Positions 1 through 8,907 of a stretch of 34,412 nt of DNA are shown piece by piece. Under the pieces are notes generated by a model that was not told where the DNA came from, made no database searches, and was given only the letters and a program-made list of their open reading frames with translations. This DNA comes from Alphaproteobacteria bacterium (GTDB taxonomy: Bacteria > Pseudomonadota > Alphaproteobacteria > CAAHEQ01 > UBA3637), in contig JAFTHM010000086.1 of assembly GCA_017457425.1 (NCBI GenBank), forward strand, positions 1 through 34,412, read 5' to 3'. The position numbers and the translations under genes are program-made. Within the stretch, counting starts at the first letter, position 1, and the number at the start of each line of letters is the position of its first letter.

Positions 1-30
1 ATATCTTTCAATCGGTGTTGTACGAGCCAT
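1..30 (-). CDS. fusA: Elongation factor G, N-terminal 10 codons (runs off the window edge)
   Basis: Reverse complement reads ATG GCT CGT ACA ACA CCG ATT GAA AGA TAT = MARTTPIERY, with a GGGGGA RBS, directly after rpsG as in the str operon. Confidence 0.9.
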   Translation of the reverse strand, partial: MARTTPIERY

Positions 31-39
31 GTGTTCCCC

Positions 40-510
40 CTACCATTTAAAGTGAGCAAAAGCTTTGTTAGCATCAGCCATACGGTGTGTATCTTCACGT
101 TTACGGATGGCATTACCACGATTGTTATAAGCATCTTGCAATTCGCCGAACAAACGTTGTTCCATTGTTTTTTCACTGCGACCACGAGCGGCGGCAATAA
201 TCCAACGAATGGCTAAAGCTTGTTGACGATCCGGACGAACTTCTGTCGGAACTTGGTAAGTTGCACCACCAACACGACGAGAACGAACTTCCACTTGAGG
301 TTTCACATTGTTCAAAGCTTCTGTAAAGATTTCCAAAGCCGGTTTTTTGATAGCGGCTTCTAATCTGTCAAAAGCACCATAAACAACAGCTTCAGCAATG
401 GATTTTTTACCATCGTACATTAAGCTGTTCATAAATTTCATAACGACAACGTTGCCATATTTGGCATCCGGTGTCACTTCACGTTTTACTGCTGCGTGTC
501 TACGAGACAT
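40..510 (-). CDS. rpsG: 30S ribosomal protein S7
   Basis: MSRRHAA...[19 protein letters not shown]...[13 protein letters not shown]; follows rpsL. Confidence 0.99.
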   Translation of the reverse strand: MSRRHAAVKREVTPDAKYGNVVVMKFMNSLMYDGKKSIAEAVVYGAFDRLEAAIKKPALEIFTEALNNVKPQVEVRSRRVGGATYQVPTEVRPDRQQALAIRWIIAAARGRSEKTMEQRLFGELQDAYNNRGNAIRKREDTHRMADANKAFAHFKW

Positions 511-521
511 AATTCACTCTC

Positions 522-893
522 CTATTTAGGGCGTTTAGCACCGTATAAAGAACGGCTTTGTTTACGTTTAGCAACGCCTTGAGTATCAAGCGTACCACGG
601 ATAATATGATAACGAACACCAGGCAAGTCCTTTACACGACCGCCACGAATCATAACGACTGAGTGTTCTTGTAAGTTGTGACCTTCACCAGGAATGTAGC
701 AAGTCACTTCGAATCCATTTGTTAAACGAACACGAGCTACTTTACGCAAAGCAGAGTTCGGTTTTTTCGGTGTTGTTGTATAAACACGTGTACAAACCCC
801 ACGACGTTGAGGGCATTCTTGCAAAGCTGGCACTTTATCTCTGGCCACTTTGGCTTTCCGCGGTTTGCGGATTAATTGGTTAATTGTAGGCAT
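522..893 (-). CDS. rpsL: 30S ribosomal protein S12
   Basis: [10 protein letters not shown]...[19 protein letters not shown]...[12 protein letters not shown]. Confidence 0.99.
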   Translation of the reverse strand: MPTINQLIRKPRKAKVARDKVPALQECPQRRGVCTRVYTTTPKKPNSALRKVARVRLTNGFEVTCYIPGEGHNLQEHSVVMIRGGRVKDLPGVRYHIIRGTLDTQGVAKRKQSRSLYGAKRPK

Positions 894-1217
894 TAATTTA
901 TTCCTTTTTATCTACCTATTACAAAAAATCTTTCAACAACCTATTTCAGGCGGTCAAAAGCACGAAATTTCAAATCCATCAAATTAACTTATTGATTTCA
1001 TTGACTACTTTGTTAAACAACTTCACTTTAAAATACCCAAAAATGGGACGAATCGTTTTCTAAAGTACGCTTATTAAAGCATATTTTTGTCATTAAGTCA
1101 AGCACTTTTTTGAATAAAAAGACAGTAATTTTTCATTATTTACACAATATATATAATAAAAAGACAGCCATTTTATTAAGCTGCCCTTTTGTAAAACAAT
1201 TAAACAAATCTTCTCAA

Positions 1218-1553
1218 TTAATCCCTTGGTGCTTTTATCAAATTGCGAATCGCACGTACATATTCGGGATTTTGATCTTGAAGTTCATGCATAATTTCCA
1301 CCAAATCAGATGATAAATCTTCAATGGTAAGCAATGGCGCCTCTAAAAACAACTGATAGACCTCAACACCCAGCACATCGGCAATTTCATTGACGGTAGA
1401 AATTTTCGTACTGGAGATACCATTTTCAAGTTGACACACCATTTCAACAGTTTTGTGGATTCGCTGCGCCAGTTGCGCTTGTGTAATCTTTTTTAACTTG
1501 CGATACTTACGAATATTTTGTGATAAAATCAAGCTAGCGCTGTCTTTTGCCAT
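1218..1553 (-). CDS. XRE/Cro-C1 family helix-turn-helix regulator
   Basis: NIRKYRKLKKITQAQLAQRI...VCQLENG...IADVLGV is an HTH_3 pattern; divergent from the autotransporter. Confidence 0.9.
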   Translation of the reverse strand: MAKDSASLILSQNIRKYRKLKKITQAQLAQRIHKTVEMVCQLENGISSTKISTVNEIADVLGVEVYQLFLEAPLLTIEDLSSDLVEIMHELQDQNPEYVRAIRNLIKAPRD

Positions 1554-1699
1554 TTTTTTTAATTCCTTTTAATTTTTATATTGCAATTAAATTTAAAATA
1601 TGCTCAAATCATTAATAGTTGGTTAAAATATGCAATAAAATTTCAATCAATGCAAGTTTTTTTTGAAAATATTTTTTTTGAAAAGGAGTAAAAAAATGC

Positions 1700-1728
1700 T
1701 TGACATACCCCCCCCCCCCCGTTATATT
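1700..1728 (+). promoter_or_regulatory. sigma70 promoter of the autotransporter with a C13 homopolymer in the spacer
   Basis: TTGACA (1700-1705), 17-nt spacer containing C13 (1708-1720), TATATT (1723-1728). Confidence 0.85.
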
Positions 1729-1801
1729 ATATACATCGGAGCGAATCGTTTTCGGTTCGTAAAGATTTAATCTAAGGCAACTAATAGAGAAAGGAGACTT
1801 T

Positions 1802-4234
1802 ATGAAATACTCAAATACAGCCTTAAAAAACCTGAGCGCCCGTTATGGCAAAGTTTTGCGTAAGTGCGCTTATTTAAATGCTATCGTTTTAACAGCCGCA
1901 ATGATGGCAACACCGGCAATGGCCGAAACAGGCATCGCCTCAAGCGATTCTCCTGTTACTAAAACATGGGCAGCCGATATGACTAGTGGCAAGTATCAAG
2001 AATCATTAGGACATAGATTGCAATTAATCGGTATGACCGAAGGAAAATACAGTTATGATGCAGATAACTTGGCCTTGACTGTTTCCGCATCTGATAACAA
2101 CAAAATCAGTGCCACAAAATTCCATACAGGTATTCAAACATTTAAAGCCGAAGACAAACACCCGACTTTCACAGTGGTTGGTGATGCCAATACAACAATT
2201 GACTTAAGTGCAACCGGAACAGAATGGAATATCGTTTCCCGCTTTTCCAAAATGAATATCGGCTCGGCGAATTCGGCTATCGGCACACTTAATGTTACAA
2301 ACGAAAATATCGAAACCGGCAGTCTAATTTACGTTACCAGCGGAAACAGCAAAGCTGACGGAAATGTACACGAATTAAACATCTATGCCAATAACATTTC
2401 ACTGAAAACGAATGGTACGGCTATTACAGGTAACGAAGGTAAATTAACTTTGGTTGCCAATGAAAAATTGGACATTACCGGTGATATTAATGGATATAAC
2501 GATGTTTATGGCGGACATGCCGATTTAACATTTAACATCAACCAAAATGCCGGCAATACCGCCATCACGACAATCAAAGGCAATATCGATGCCGCCAAAG
2601 GATCCGTTGTCAATATCGGATTAAAAGGGGCCGGTTCTTCCATTACAGGTGATTTATTGGTCAGCGCCAACGGAACAACATTACCGGGTGGTGAAATTAA
2701 TTTAGGATTCGGAACTGGTGGTTCAATTACCGGTAATATGACGGCTCAAGATGAAGGCCATATCTCCATTTCCGGTGATGATTTAGTGGCTGTAAACGGC
2801 AACATCAGCATTGATGACAAATCTTCATTAACAGCCAGCAATATTTCCCATAATTCCGGTACAATCGCTAACGATGGTACATTAACATTGGGAAATAACA
2901 TTGTCTTGACAGAAGGTGTCACAGGTACCGGTTCCGTTGTATTTAAAGAAGGTTCTTCATTGAAAACAGCTCTGAACAATTCTACCTCTTTGATTTCCGG
3001 CAATACTGTCACAGGTACAACTTCTTTAGTCATTGACAATGGAACAACAAATGCCACATTGAATATGTTTGATGCTTCTCAAAGCGGATTTACATTTGCC
3101 AATAACACATTGTATGATATTATTGAAGATACAACAACCGCCGGAACATATAACATTTCTAAAAAATCCACAGAAGCTATTACGGAGTCTTTGACATCTG
3201 CCGGTGCCGATACGACAACGGCTGAAACAGTGGCTGCCGTTACAGAGGCTCAACCGACGACTCCGGAGGCTGCCGCCATTGTAGAAGCTATTACAACGGC
3301 CGCTCAATCGGGTGATATCGCTGCGGTTGCCGAAATCACGGAAAAAATCAATCCGACAACAACACCAGTTGTGCAACAACAATCCGTTGCTATGGCTTCC
3401 CAAATCTTCAACGTAACGGGTAATCGTATGAGTGCTCATGGTTTTGGACGCAGCGGTGGTGACCTTAACATAACGGTTGGTCCGTGGATTCAAGGGTTAT
3501 ACAACAAAACACACAACAGCCAAGGCGTCGGTTTTGACGGATACAGCCAAGGTTTTGCCCTCGGTTTAGACTTTGATGTTTGCAAAAACTTCATGTGGGG
3601 TTTCGGTTACGGTTATACGGCAACAGATGTTAAATCAAACGGCCGTAAAACTCAAATCTATGCCGATAACATCTTCTTATACGGTAAATATCAACCAAGT
3701 AAGTGGTATGTCAGCGGTATTGCCAACTATGGCCATTCCAACTATAAGGAAGCTGCCTTGGGCTTAACCAGCAAATACAACGTGGACACATACTCTGCAG
3801 CCGCTACAGTCGGTTACCAAGAAGGTATCTTTGATAACTATGCTGGACTTCGTTATAGCTATATCACACCGGACAGCTATTCCAATGGCTTAACAACGGT
3901 TGAAGGTAAAAACGCTCAAGTCGGTACTGCCGTTATCGGAACAAAGATTTCCAAAGCTTACAAAACAGATGGAGCCGTTTGGAAACCGGAAGTTCGTTTG
4001 GCTGCCACATATGATATCAAATCCGATAATTCTTCCAGCATTGTCGGTATCGTCGGCGGTTCCAGCACTTACATGGTGGAAGGCAAACGTCAAAAACGCT
4101 TTGCTGTTGAAGCCGGTGTCGGTTTAACAACAACAGTTGCCCGTAATTTAGATATTACGTTAAATTACGATGCTAACTTGCGTTCAAAACAAACATCTCA
4201 AACGGGTTCTGTGAAGTTGAAATACAGCTTCTAA
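1802..4234 (+). CDS. Type V autotransporter (adhesin-like passenger plus C-terminal beta-barrel)
   Basis: Long signal peptide ending ATPAMA; G/N/T/S-rich beta-helix-like passenger; barrel from about GRSGGD...PWIQGLY; terminal KLKYSF; AAGGAG RBS. Confidence 0.92.
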   Translation: MKYSNTALKNLSARYGKVLRKCAYLNAIVLTAAMMATPAMAETGIASSDSPVTKTWAADMTSGKYQESLGHRLQLIGMTEGKYSYDADNLALTVSASDNNKISATKFHTGIQTFKAEDKHPTFTVVGDANTTIDLSATGTEWNIVSRFSKMNIGSANSAIGTLNVTNENIETGSLIYVTSGNSKADGNVHELNIYANNISLKTNGTAITGNEGKLTLVANEKLDITGDINGYNDVYGGHADLTFNINQNAGNTAITTIKGNIDAAKGSVVNIGLKGAGSSITGDLLVSANGTTLPGGEINLGFGTGGSITGNMTAQDEGHISISGDDLVAVNGNISIDDKSSLTASNISHNSGTIANDGTLTLGNNIVLTEGVTGTGSVVFKEGSSLKTALNNSTSLISGNTVTGTTSLVIDNGTTNATLNMFDASQSGFTFANNTLYDIIEDTTTAGTYNISKKSTEAITESLTSAGADTTTAETVAAVTEAQPTTPEAAAIVEAITTAAQSGDIAAVAEITEKINPTTTPVVQQQSVAMASQIFNVTGNRMSAHGFGRSGGDLNITVGPWIQGLYNKTHNSQGVGFDGYSQGFALGLDFDVCKNFMWGFGYGYTATDVKSNGRKTQIYADNIFLYGKYQPSKWYVSGIANYGHSNYKEAALGLTSKYNVDTYSAAATVGYQEGIFDNYAGLRYSYITPDSYSNGLTTVEGKNAQVGTAVIGTKISKAYKTDGAVWKPEVRLAATYDIKSDNSSSIVGIVGGSSTYMVEGKRQKRFAVEAGVGLTTTVARNLDITLNYDANLRSKQTSQTGSVKLKYSF

Positions 4235-4250
4235 TCCTTTGGGATAAAAC

Positions 4251-4286
4251 AAAAGACACTCTCACAAAACGTGGGAGTGTTTTTTT
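4251..4286 (+). terminator. Intrinsic terminator after the autotransporter
   Basis: ACACTCTCAC-aaaac-GTGGGAGTGT followed by a T run. Confidence 0.8.
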
Positions 4287-4349
4287 GTTGCATTTCATTT
4301 TTTTTGGCGTTATAAAAAAGTCAACTCAATCAATATCGGAGAAAATCCC

Positions 4350-5321
4350 ATGGCAAATATCACAACAGAATTTTGTTTTGCGTTGGATGGTCAAGGCGGT
4401 GGCGAAAAGCTGGACTTGGAACAAGAAAACGTTTTTAAACGTAAAAATATTTGGATTCATATTGACTATAAAGACCAAGAAAATCAAGAATGGCTTGAGG
4501 AAATGGGTCTTGATGAAACCGTTATTGAAAATTTAACGGACGAAGATACCTCCCCACGGTATTTTGCACATGATAACGGATTATTGGTCGTGATGCGGGG
4601 TGTTAAAACACACAAAAAAGATGACGTAGACGATATGATTGCCATTCATATGTGGATTGAAAAAAATCGTATTTTAACACTGTCGCACCGCTCTATGCCG
4701 GCCGTTAAAATGGTCAGTTCAAAAATCAAACACGGTGAAGGTCCCATATCCCCGATTGATTGCTTTGTAACACTTGCCGAAACAATGACGGACAGTATCA
4801 CAAAAGCCATTGATAAAATTGATGATGAGGTAGATGAAATTGAAGAAGCCGTTATTAAAACGGACAGTTTTAAGGATAAACACTTGCGAGATGACATTTC
4901 CGATTTACGACACAAAATTGTGGGATTACGTCGGTATTTGGTCCCTCAACGCAATATCGTTAAAATTATGAAAAATATTTCTCATCCTTTGCTCAGTGAA
5001 GACGATTCGGTTCGTTTGCGTGATGTGTATATGGATTTGGCCAAAGCTGTGGAAGATTTAGATTTTGCCCGAGATCATTCAACCGTGACTCAAGAAGAAT
5101 TGGATTCAAAAACTAATGTAAACTTAAACCAAACAATGTATATGATGTCCATTGTGATGGTTATTTTTACGCCGTTAACATTTATCACAGGATTGTTAGG
5201 GGCCAATATCGGTGGTATTCCGTTTGCTTCCAATCAAATGGGATTTATTTTCATATCCTTGATTATGTTGATTATTGTCATATTCCAAATTATTGTATTC
5301 AAAAAAATGAAGTGGTTTTAG
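4350..5321 (+). CDS. CorA/ZntB family divalent cation transporter
   Basis: WIHIDY N-terminal motif; coiled helical domain; two C-terminal TM helices with PLTFITGLLGANIGGIP (ZntB-like GxN). Confidence 0.9.
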   Translation: MANITTEFCFALDGQGGGEKLDLEQENVFKRKNIWIHIDYKDQENQEWLEEMGLDETVIENLTDEDTSPRYFAHDNGLLVVMRGVKTHKKDDVDDMIAIHMWIEKNRILTLSHRSMPAVKMVSSKIKHGEGPISPIDCFVTLAETMTDSITKAIDKIDDEVDEIEEAVIKTDSFKDKHLRDDISDLRHKIVGLRRYLVPQRNIVKIMKNISHPLLSEDDSVRLRDVYMDLAKAVEDLDFARDHSTVTQEELDSKTNVNLNQTMYMMSIVMVIFTPLTFITGLLGANIGGIPFASNQMGFIFISLIMLIIVIFQIIVFKKMKWF

Positions 5322-5322
5322 T

Positions 5323-5958
5323 ATGAAAAAATGGTTGGCCGTATTTTTGTGTTTTGTGTGGTCAAATGGTGTTTGGGCGGCATGTCCAAATGATAAACCG
5401 TATGTTTTACTGACAACCTCAAAAGGGTCGGTAAAATATATTACCAATATGGCCCGAAAAGACTTTATTGCAAAATACCCAGGGACCCCCAACACAACTT
5501 TAGGTCTAACCGTTGCTGATTTACAAGTTAAAATGGCCGGAAAACCCAGAATTTCACAAAATGGTCGGCAGGCGTGCGTCAGCTTAAAAGAAGTCAATTT
5601 TCAAATCGGATATGATGATATTTTAGTGTATATTCACAAAGATTATAAACCCGGTTCATGCCAATACCGCGTTGTCAAAGACCACGAAAATTACCATGTC
5701 GGCGTTCATCGGCAAGCTATGACTTTCTTTAAATCCGACATTGAAACAGCCTTAAGAAAAGCTGTGGCTAAATTAAAACCGGTACCGGTTCACTCTTCGG
5801 CCCAAGCTCAACGTGTTGTGGACAAACAATTTGCTCAAATACAAGCGGAAATTGCGCCTTTATTAAATCACATTAACAAAAAAATTCGGGAAAAAAATGC
5901 CGCCATTGATACACCCGAATCCTATAAAGCTTCCAGTAAACTCTGCAAAAGTTGGTAG
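5323..5958 (+). CDS. Secreted hypothetical protein with an HExxH motif (possible Zn peptidase, DUF922-like)
   Basis: Signal peptide MKKWLAVFLCFVWSNGVWA; CQYRVVKDHENYH. Confidence 0.6.
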   Translation: MKKWLAVFLCFVWSNGVWAACPNDKPYVLLTTSKGSVKYITNMARKDFIAKYPGTPNTTLGLTVADLQVKMAGKPRISQNGRQACVSLKEVNFQIGYDDILVYIHKDYKPGSCQYRVVKDHENYHVGVHRQAMTFFKSDIETALRKAVAKLKPVPVHSSAQAQRVVDKQFAQIQAEIAPLLNHINKKIREKNAAIDTPESYKASSKLCKSW

Positions 5959-6035
5959 TATTTTCGGCCCCATTCTTTTAATTGACTTTTTATCCGTTTT
6001 GTGATAGGATACTCAGCAATTTAAAGGAAGTCAAA

Positions 6036-6878
6036 ATGTATCATCAATTAACACTCACCGATATTCAAAAAAATAAAAAATTAGCAAAAACATGGGATTT
6101 AGTCTGCCAAGCACATCAAGGCCAAACCCGAAAAGGTCATAATAAAAATGGCGAGACAATCCCCTACACTGCTCATTTATTTCGGGTGATGGAAATTACG
6201 GCTAACGCCTTGGGTAATCCTCATTTAGTTTTACAAAATGAAAAATTAACCCCTTTTTTAATAATGGCCTTAACACACGATACCATTGAAGATACAGTTT
6301 TAAACTCTAAGAAAAAATTAACCGATGCGTTAACACCGATTGTCGGAGAATATCGGGCTATACAAATTGCTCATGTTGTTATGGAGTTATCAAATCCGGC
6401 TGACGGTTTTCCGGGGGCAACCAAAACCGAGCAAGACACCAACAAAAAAATTTGGCAAACAAATCATACTCAAAATATGTCATATCCTGCCAAAATCATC
6501 AAAATGGCAGATCAAATCGCCAATACAGCCGATTGCGTAGATTTACAAATGTCGTGTAAAGAAAAAAGCGGTTGGTCCGATGATAAAAAGAAATCTTATA
6601 CCGATAAAGCATTAGCCGTTTGTGAAGCCTGTCTTTGTCATACAGAGCGTGTTTCAGATGTTCAAAAAAATGTGTTTGCTTTTTTAATGAATTTAGAAAA
6701 ACAAGTATATCATTATGCCATGCAAAAAATACAAATACCTCACACTGATGATATGACATTTTTTGAACAATTAAATGGCAAAATGCTCCCCGAAAACGAA
6801 CCGATGTATTTATTGCATCAGCCTAGTTTACCAAGCCAATTTTCAAATACCACCACTTTTTCACAAACACGAGTATAA
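6036..6878 (+). CDS. Stand-alone RelA/SpoT-type HD domain protein (small alarmone hydrolase-like)
   Basis: AHQGQTRK...PYTAHL...ALTHDTIEDT...IIKMADQIAN; ATG at 6036 follows an AAGGAAG RBS. Confidence 0.8.
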   Translation: MYHQLTLTDIQKNKKLAKTWDLVCQAHQGQTRKGHNKNGETIPYTAHLFRVMEITANALGNPHLVLQNEKLTPFLIMALTHDTIEDTVLNSKKKLTDALTPIVGEYRAIQIAHVVMELSNPADGFPGATKTEQDTNKKIWQTNHTQNMSYPAKIIKMADQIANTADCVDLQMSCKEKSGWSDDKKKSYTDKALAVCEACLCHTERVSDVQKNVFAFLMNLEKQVYHYAMQKIQIPHTDDMTFFEQLNGKMLPENEPMYLLHQPSLPSQFSNTTTFSQTRV

Positions 6879-6900
6879 ACACTTATAACCCGATAAATAT

Positions 6901-6930
6901 AACCATTTTGATGATATCAGAGTGGTTTTT
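6901..6930 (+). terminator. Intrinsic terminator after the HD-domain gene
   Basis: AACCATTTTGAT-gat-ATCAGAGTGGTT followed by Ts. Confidence 0.6.
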
Positions 6931-6963
6931 ATCTTATTTACCTCATTTAACGAAAAATACCTA

Positions 6964-6992
6964 TTGCATTTACGGATAAAATTTGGTACTGT
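6964..6992 (+). promoter_or_regulatory. Putative sigma70 promoter of RNA copy 1 and the pilin-like gene
   Basis: TTGCAT-17 nt-TACTGT with TG upstream of the -10; the first hairpin starts about 8 nt downstream. Confidence 0.6.
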
Positions 6993-7000
6993 ACAGCCAA

Positions 7001-7180
7001 GGCATGTATTATGCCCCGAGGTTTAGAAGCCTCTTGAAAGTTGTCTGAGTGCAGACGTAAAAAACTACCTTTTTGCCATTGGCAGGAAGGTAGTAGAATA
7101 AGGGTTTTATACCCCAATATACTACACTATTCTTTCAATAGCTTCTAACTTCCTGCCACTTTTAAAGTGGTTTTTGTTTT
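7001..7180 (+). ncRNA. Structured RNA family copy 1 (C4-antisense-like leader of the pilin-like gene)
   Basis: Hairpin GGCAT/ATGCC; GAGG-loop-CCTC; TTGAAAG/CTTTCAA; GTAGTA/TACTAC. TTAGAAGC and GGCAGGAAG pair with the contiguous GCTTCTAA-CTTCCTGCC (7141-7157). Ends in a hairpin plus T run. Confidence 0.75.
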
Positions 7181-7207
7181 AACGTAATGGACAAGAAAGG
7201 GAATTTT

Positions 7208-8401
7208 ATGACGATGAAACATTATGACTCCGGTCGTTCTATGGTTGAAATGCTGGGAACATTGGCGATTATCGGTGTTCTATCTGTTGGCGCTATCGCA
7301 GGATACAGCTACGGAATGGATAAATACCGTGCCAATCAAACGATTAATGATGTGATGCTGTTGGGGGTGGATGTAATTACACAAGCCTCACGAACTGCCG
7401 GAATGCCGAACTTATCTGCCGATTGGGGAACTAAAACAACAGCCGGATATGATTTTACGGTTGTACCAAACCCCTCAGATGATACGCAATACGGCCTTCA
7501 AATCAGCGGGGTTCCCGCCCGAGTGTGTAAAATGGTGGGTGATGCGTTAAAACCCATGGCCTCAGTTTATGTAAATGATGATGAACATATCACCGAAGAA
7601 GACCCGTGCGACGAATCGGACAACAACACCATGGAATTTTATTTTGACGTTTCCGCCACTTCGGGAGACCAATGTAAAATTGATGCCGATTGTGGAACCG
7701 ATAAATATTGCGATATGGGATTATGCTTTAGTGGGAATCACCCCGAAGTAATGGCCAATATCGTGGGTGGAACGTGTACCTCGGATGCTGATTGTAATAA
7801 GGGGTGGACAGGAACGAATTGCGCGTATTGTGATGCGACCTATGGATGTGTGGAAAAGTTTAATAATCACAATAAAGCGTGCACCTTAACGGATGGCAAT
7901 ATCGCCGGTAAATGTGCTGGTGGCCAATGTTTACCAACAGGTTGTACCTACGATACGAATAAATGCAGCGATAAAGAATATTGCGCCAGTCCGAACAATA
8001 GCTGTACCGAAGTCTTCCAAAGTGGAGAAACAGGTATGTGTGTGCCTATCAATACTACCTTTTCTAAAATCTCGGGAACCGAGTATTACATCTCCAATGG
8101 TCTGCTCAGTTGGTGGGATGCGGATGCCGCGTGTAAATCCATTAAAAAAGAGTTGTTGAGTGTATCTGACCTTGTTACGGAAAAGGATGGTAGTGCTTGG
8201 AAAGGAGATAATGGCGTTCACACCACAACGGCTCTTGCCAATGAATTATATAGTAAAGGATGGAACAGTACTGGGTATCCGTTCATCTGGACGAAAAACT
8301 GGCTAAATGATTCTTGCTACGCGTACGGCGTGTACCTGCGTAATGGTAACGTCTACAACGGCAATCGCTACGCCGAGGGCTACTACGTAGTCTGTAAGTA
8401 G
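7208..8401 (+). CDS. Type IV pilin-like protein with a Cys-rich stalk and C-terminal C-type-lectin-like domain; probable DGR target
   Basis: Prepilin-like SG|RSMVEMLGTLAIIGVLSVG (Glu at +5); CxxDADC repeats; CLec-like LSWWDADAACKS...IWT...AYGVYL..G......R.....VVCK; ATG at 7208 follows GAAAGG. Confidence 0.8.
   Translation: MTMKHYDSGRSMVEMLGTLAIIGVLSVGAIAGYSYGMDKYRANQTINDVMLLGVDVITQASRTAGMPNLSADWGTKTTAGYDFTVVPNPSDDTQYGLQISGVPARVCKMVGDALKPMASVYVNDDEHITEEDPCDESDNNTMEFYFDVSATSGDQCKIDADCGTDKYCDMGLCFSGNHPEVMANIVGGTCTSDADCNKGWTGTNCAYCDATYGCVEKFNNHNKACTLTDGNIAGKCAGGQCLPTGCTYDTNKCSDKEYCASPNNSCTEVFQSGETGMCVPINTTFSKISGTEYYISNGLLSWWDADAACKSIKKELLSVSDLVTEKDGSAWKGDNGVHTTTALANELYSKGWNSTGYPFIWTKNWLNDSCYAYGVYLRNGNVYNGNRYAEGYYVVCK
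8312..8401 (+). other. Candidate DGR variable region (VR)
   Basis: Run of NNC codons (7 of 7 Tyr are TAC; AAC, GGC, GCC) on a fixed A-x-x-V-x-L-x-x-G-x-V scaffold at the end of a CLec-like domain. Confidence 0.65.
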
Positions 8402-8435
8402 TTTTTCGGCTTTTTAATAGGGGGGACTTTTGTCT

Positions 8436-8469
8436 ATCGCCGATACTTATAGGCATCGGCGATTTTTTT
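8436..8469 (+). terminator. Hairpin after the pilin-like gene (terminator and/or DGR target-recognition stem-loop)
   Basis: ATCGCCGAT-10 nt-ATCGGCGAT followed by a T run, 35 nt after the stop. Confidence 0.7.
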
Positions 8470-8484
8470 AATTCCATATTCCTC

Positions 8485-8853
8485 TTATCTCACGCACGCA
8501 TCGCCGGACCAAGAATAATCCACAATAATATCGTTTTCGGTCGTAAATGTGGTTTCGCAGTAATACAATGTTTCGGATTGCATGGCATCATTGGCGGGGC
8601 TGTACAGAGAGTAATTACCAAAATTCACATCTTGCGGATTCATCCCCGTTTCCATGACCGTTTTTTGTTTCATATAGGTAAACAGCTGACGCCCAGCTCC
8701 CAAATTTTGCATTTGTGCCGGAGCACCCCAAGTGGCGACCAAATCGGCCTCACTACGCCCAACCCAACTTTCCAAATAATCATCATAATTTTGTACCGAA
8801 TGACATGCCGTCAGCATCATGAGGCACCCTGCCCCTAATACCCATTTTTTCAT
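8485..8853 (-). CDS. Hypothetical lipoprotein
   Basis: MKKWVLGAGCLMMLTAC lipobox; SWVGRSEADLVATWGAP resembles small outer-membrane lipoproteins. Confidence 0.8.
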   Translation of the reverse strand: MKKWVLGAGCLMMLTACHSVQNYDDYLESWVGRSEADLVATWGAPAQMQNLGAGRQLFTYMKQKTVMETGMNPQDVNFGNYSLYSPANDAMQSETLYYCETTFTTENDIIVDYSWSGDACVR

Positions 8854-8907
8854 TGTTTCCTCCTAAAAAAAATAGGGCTTACTTTTTTTAGCAAGCCCCC
8901 TTTTCAC

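Noticed and set aside
1049-1753. 12-mer CGAATCGTTTTC at 1049-1060 and 1742-1753 flanking the XRE gene
   Set aside because: Short single match; the second copy is part of a 5' UTR hairpin; no other sign of an insertion boundary.
7187-8900. Complete DGR cassette in the window
   Set aside because: No reverse transcriptase, Avd-like gene or AAC-rich template repeat was found; only a candidate target is supported.
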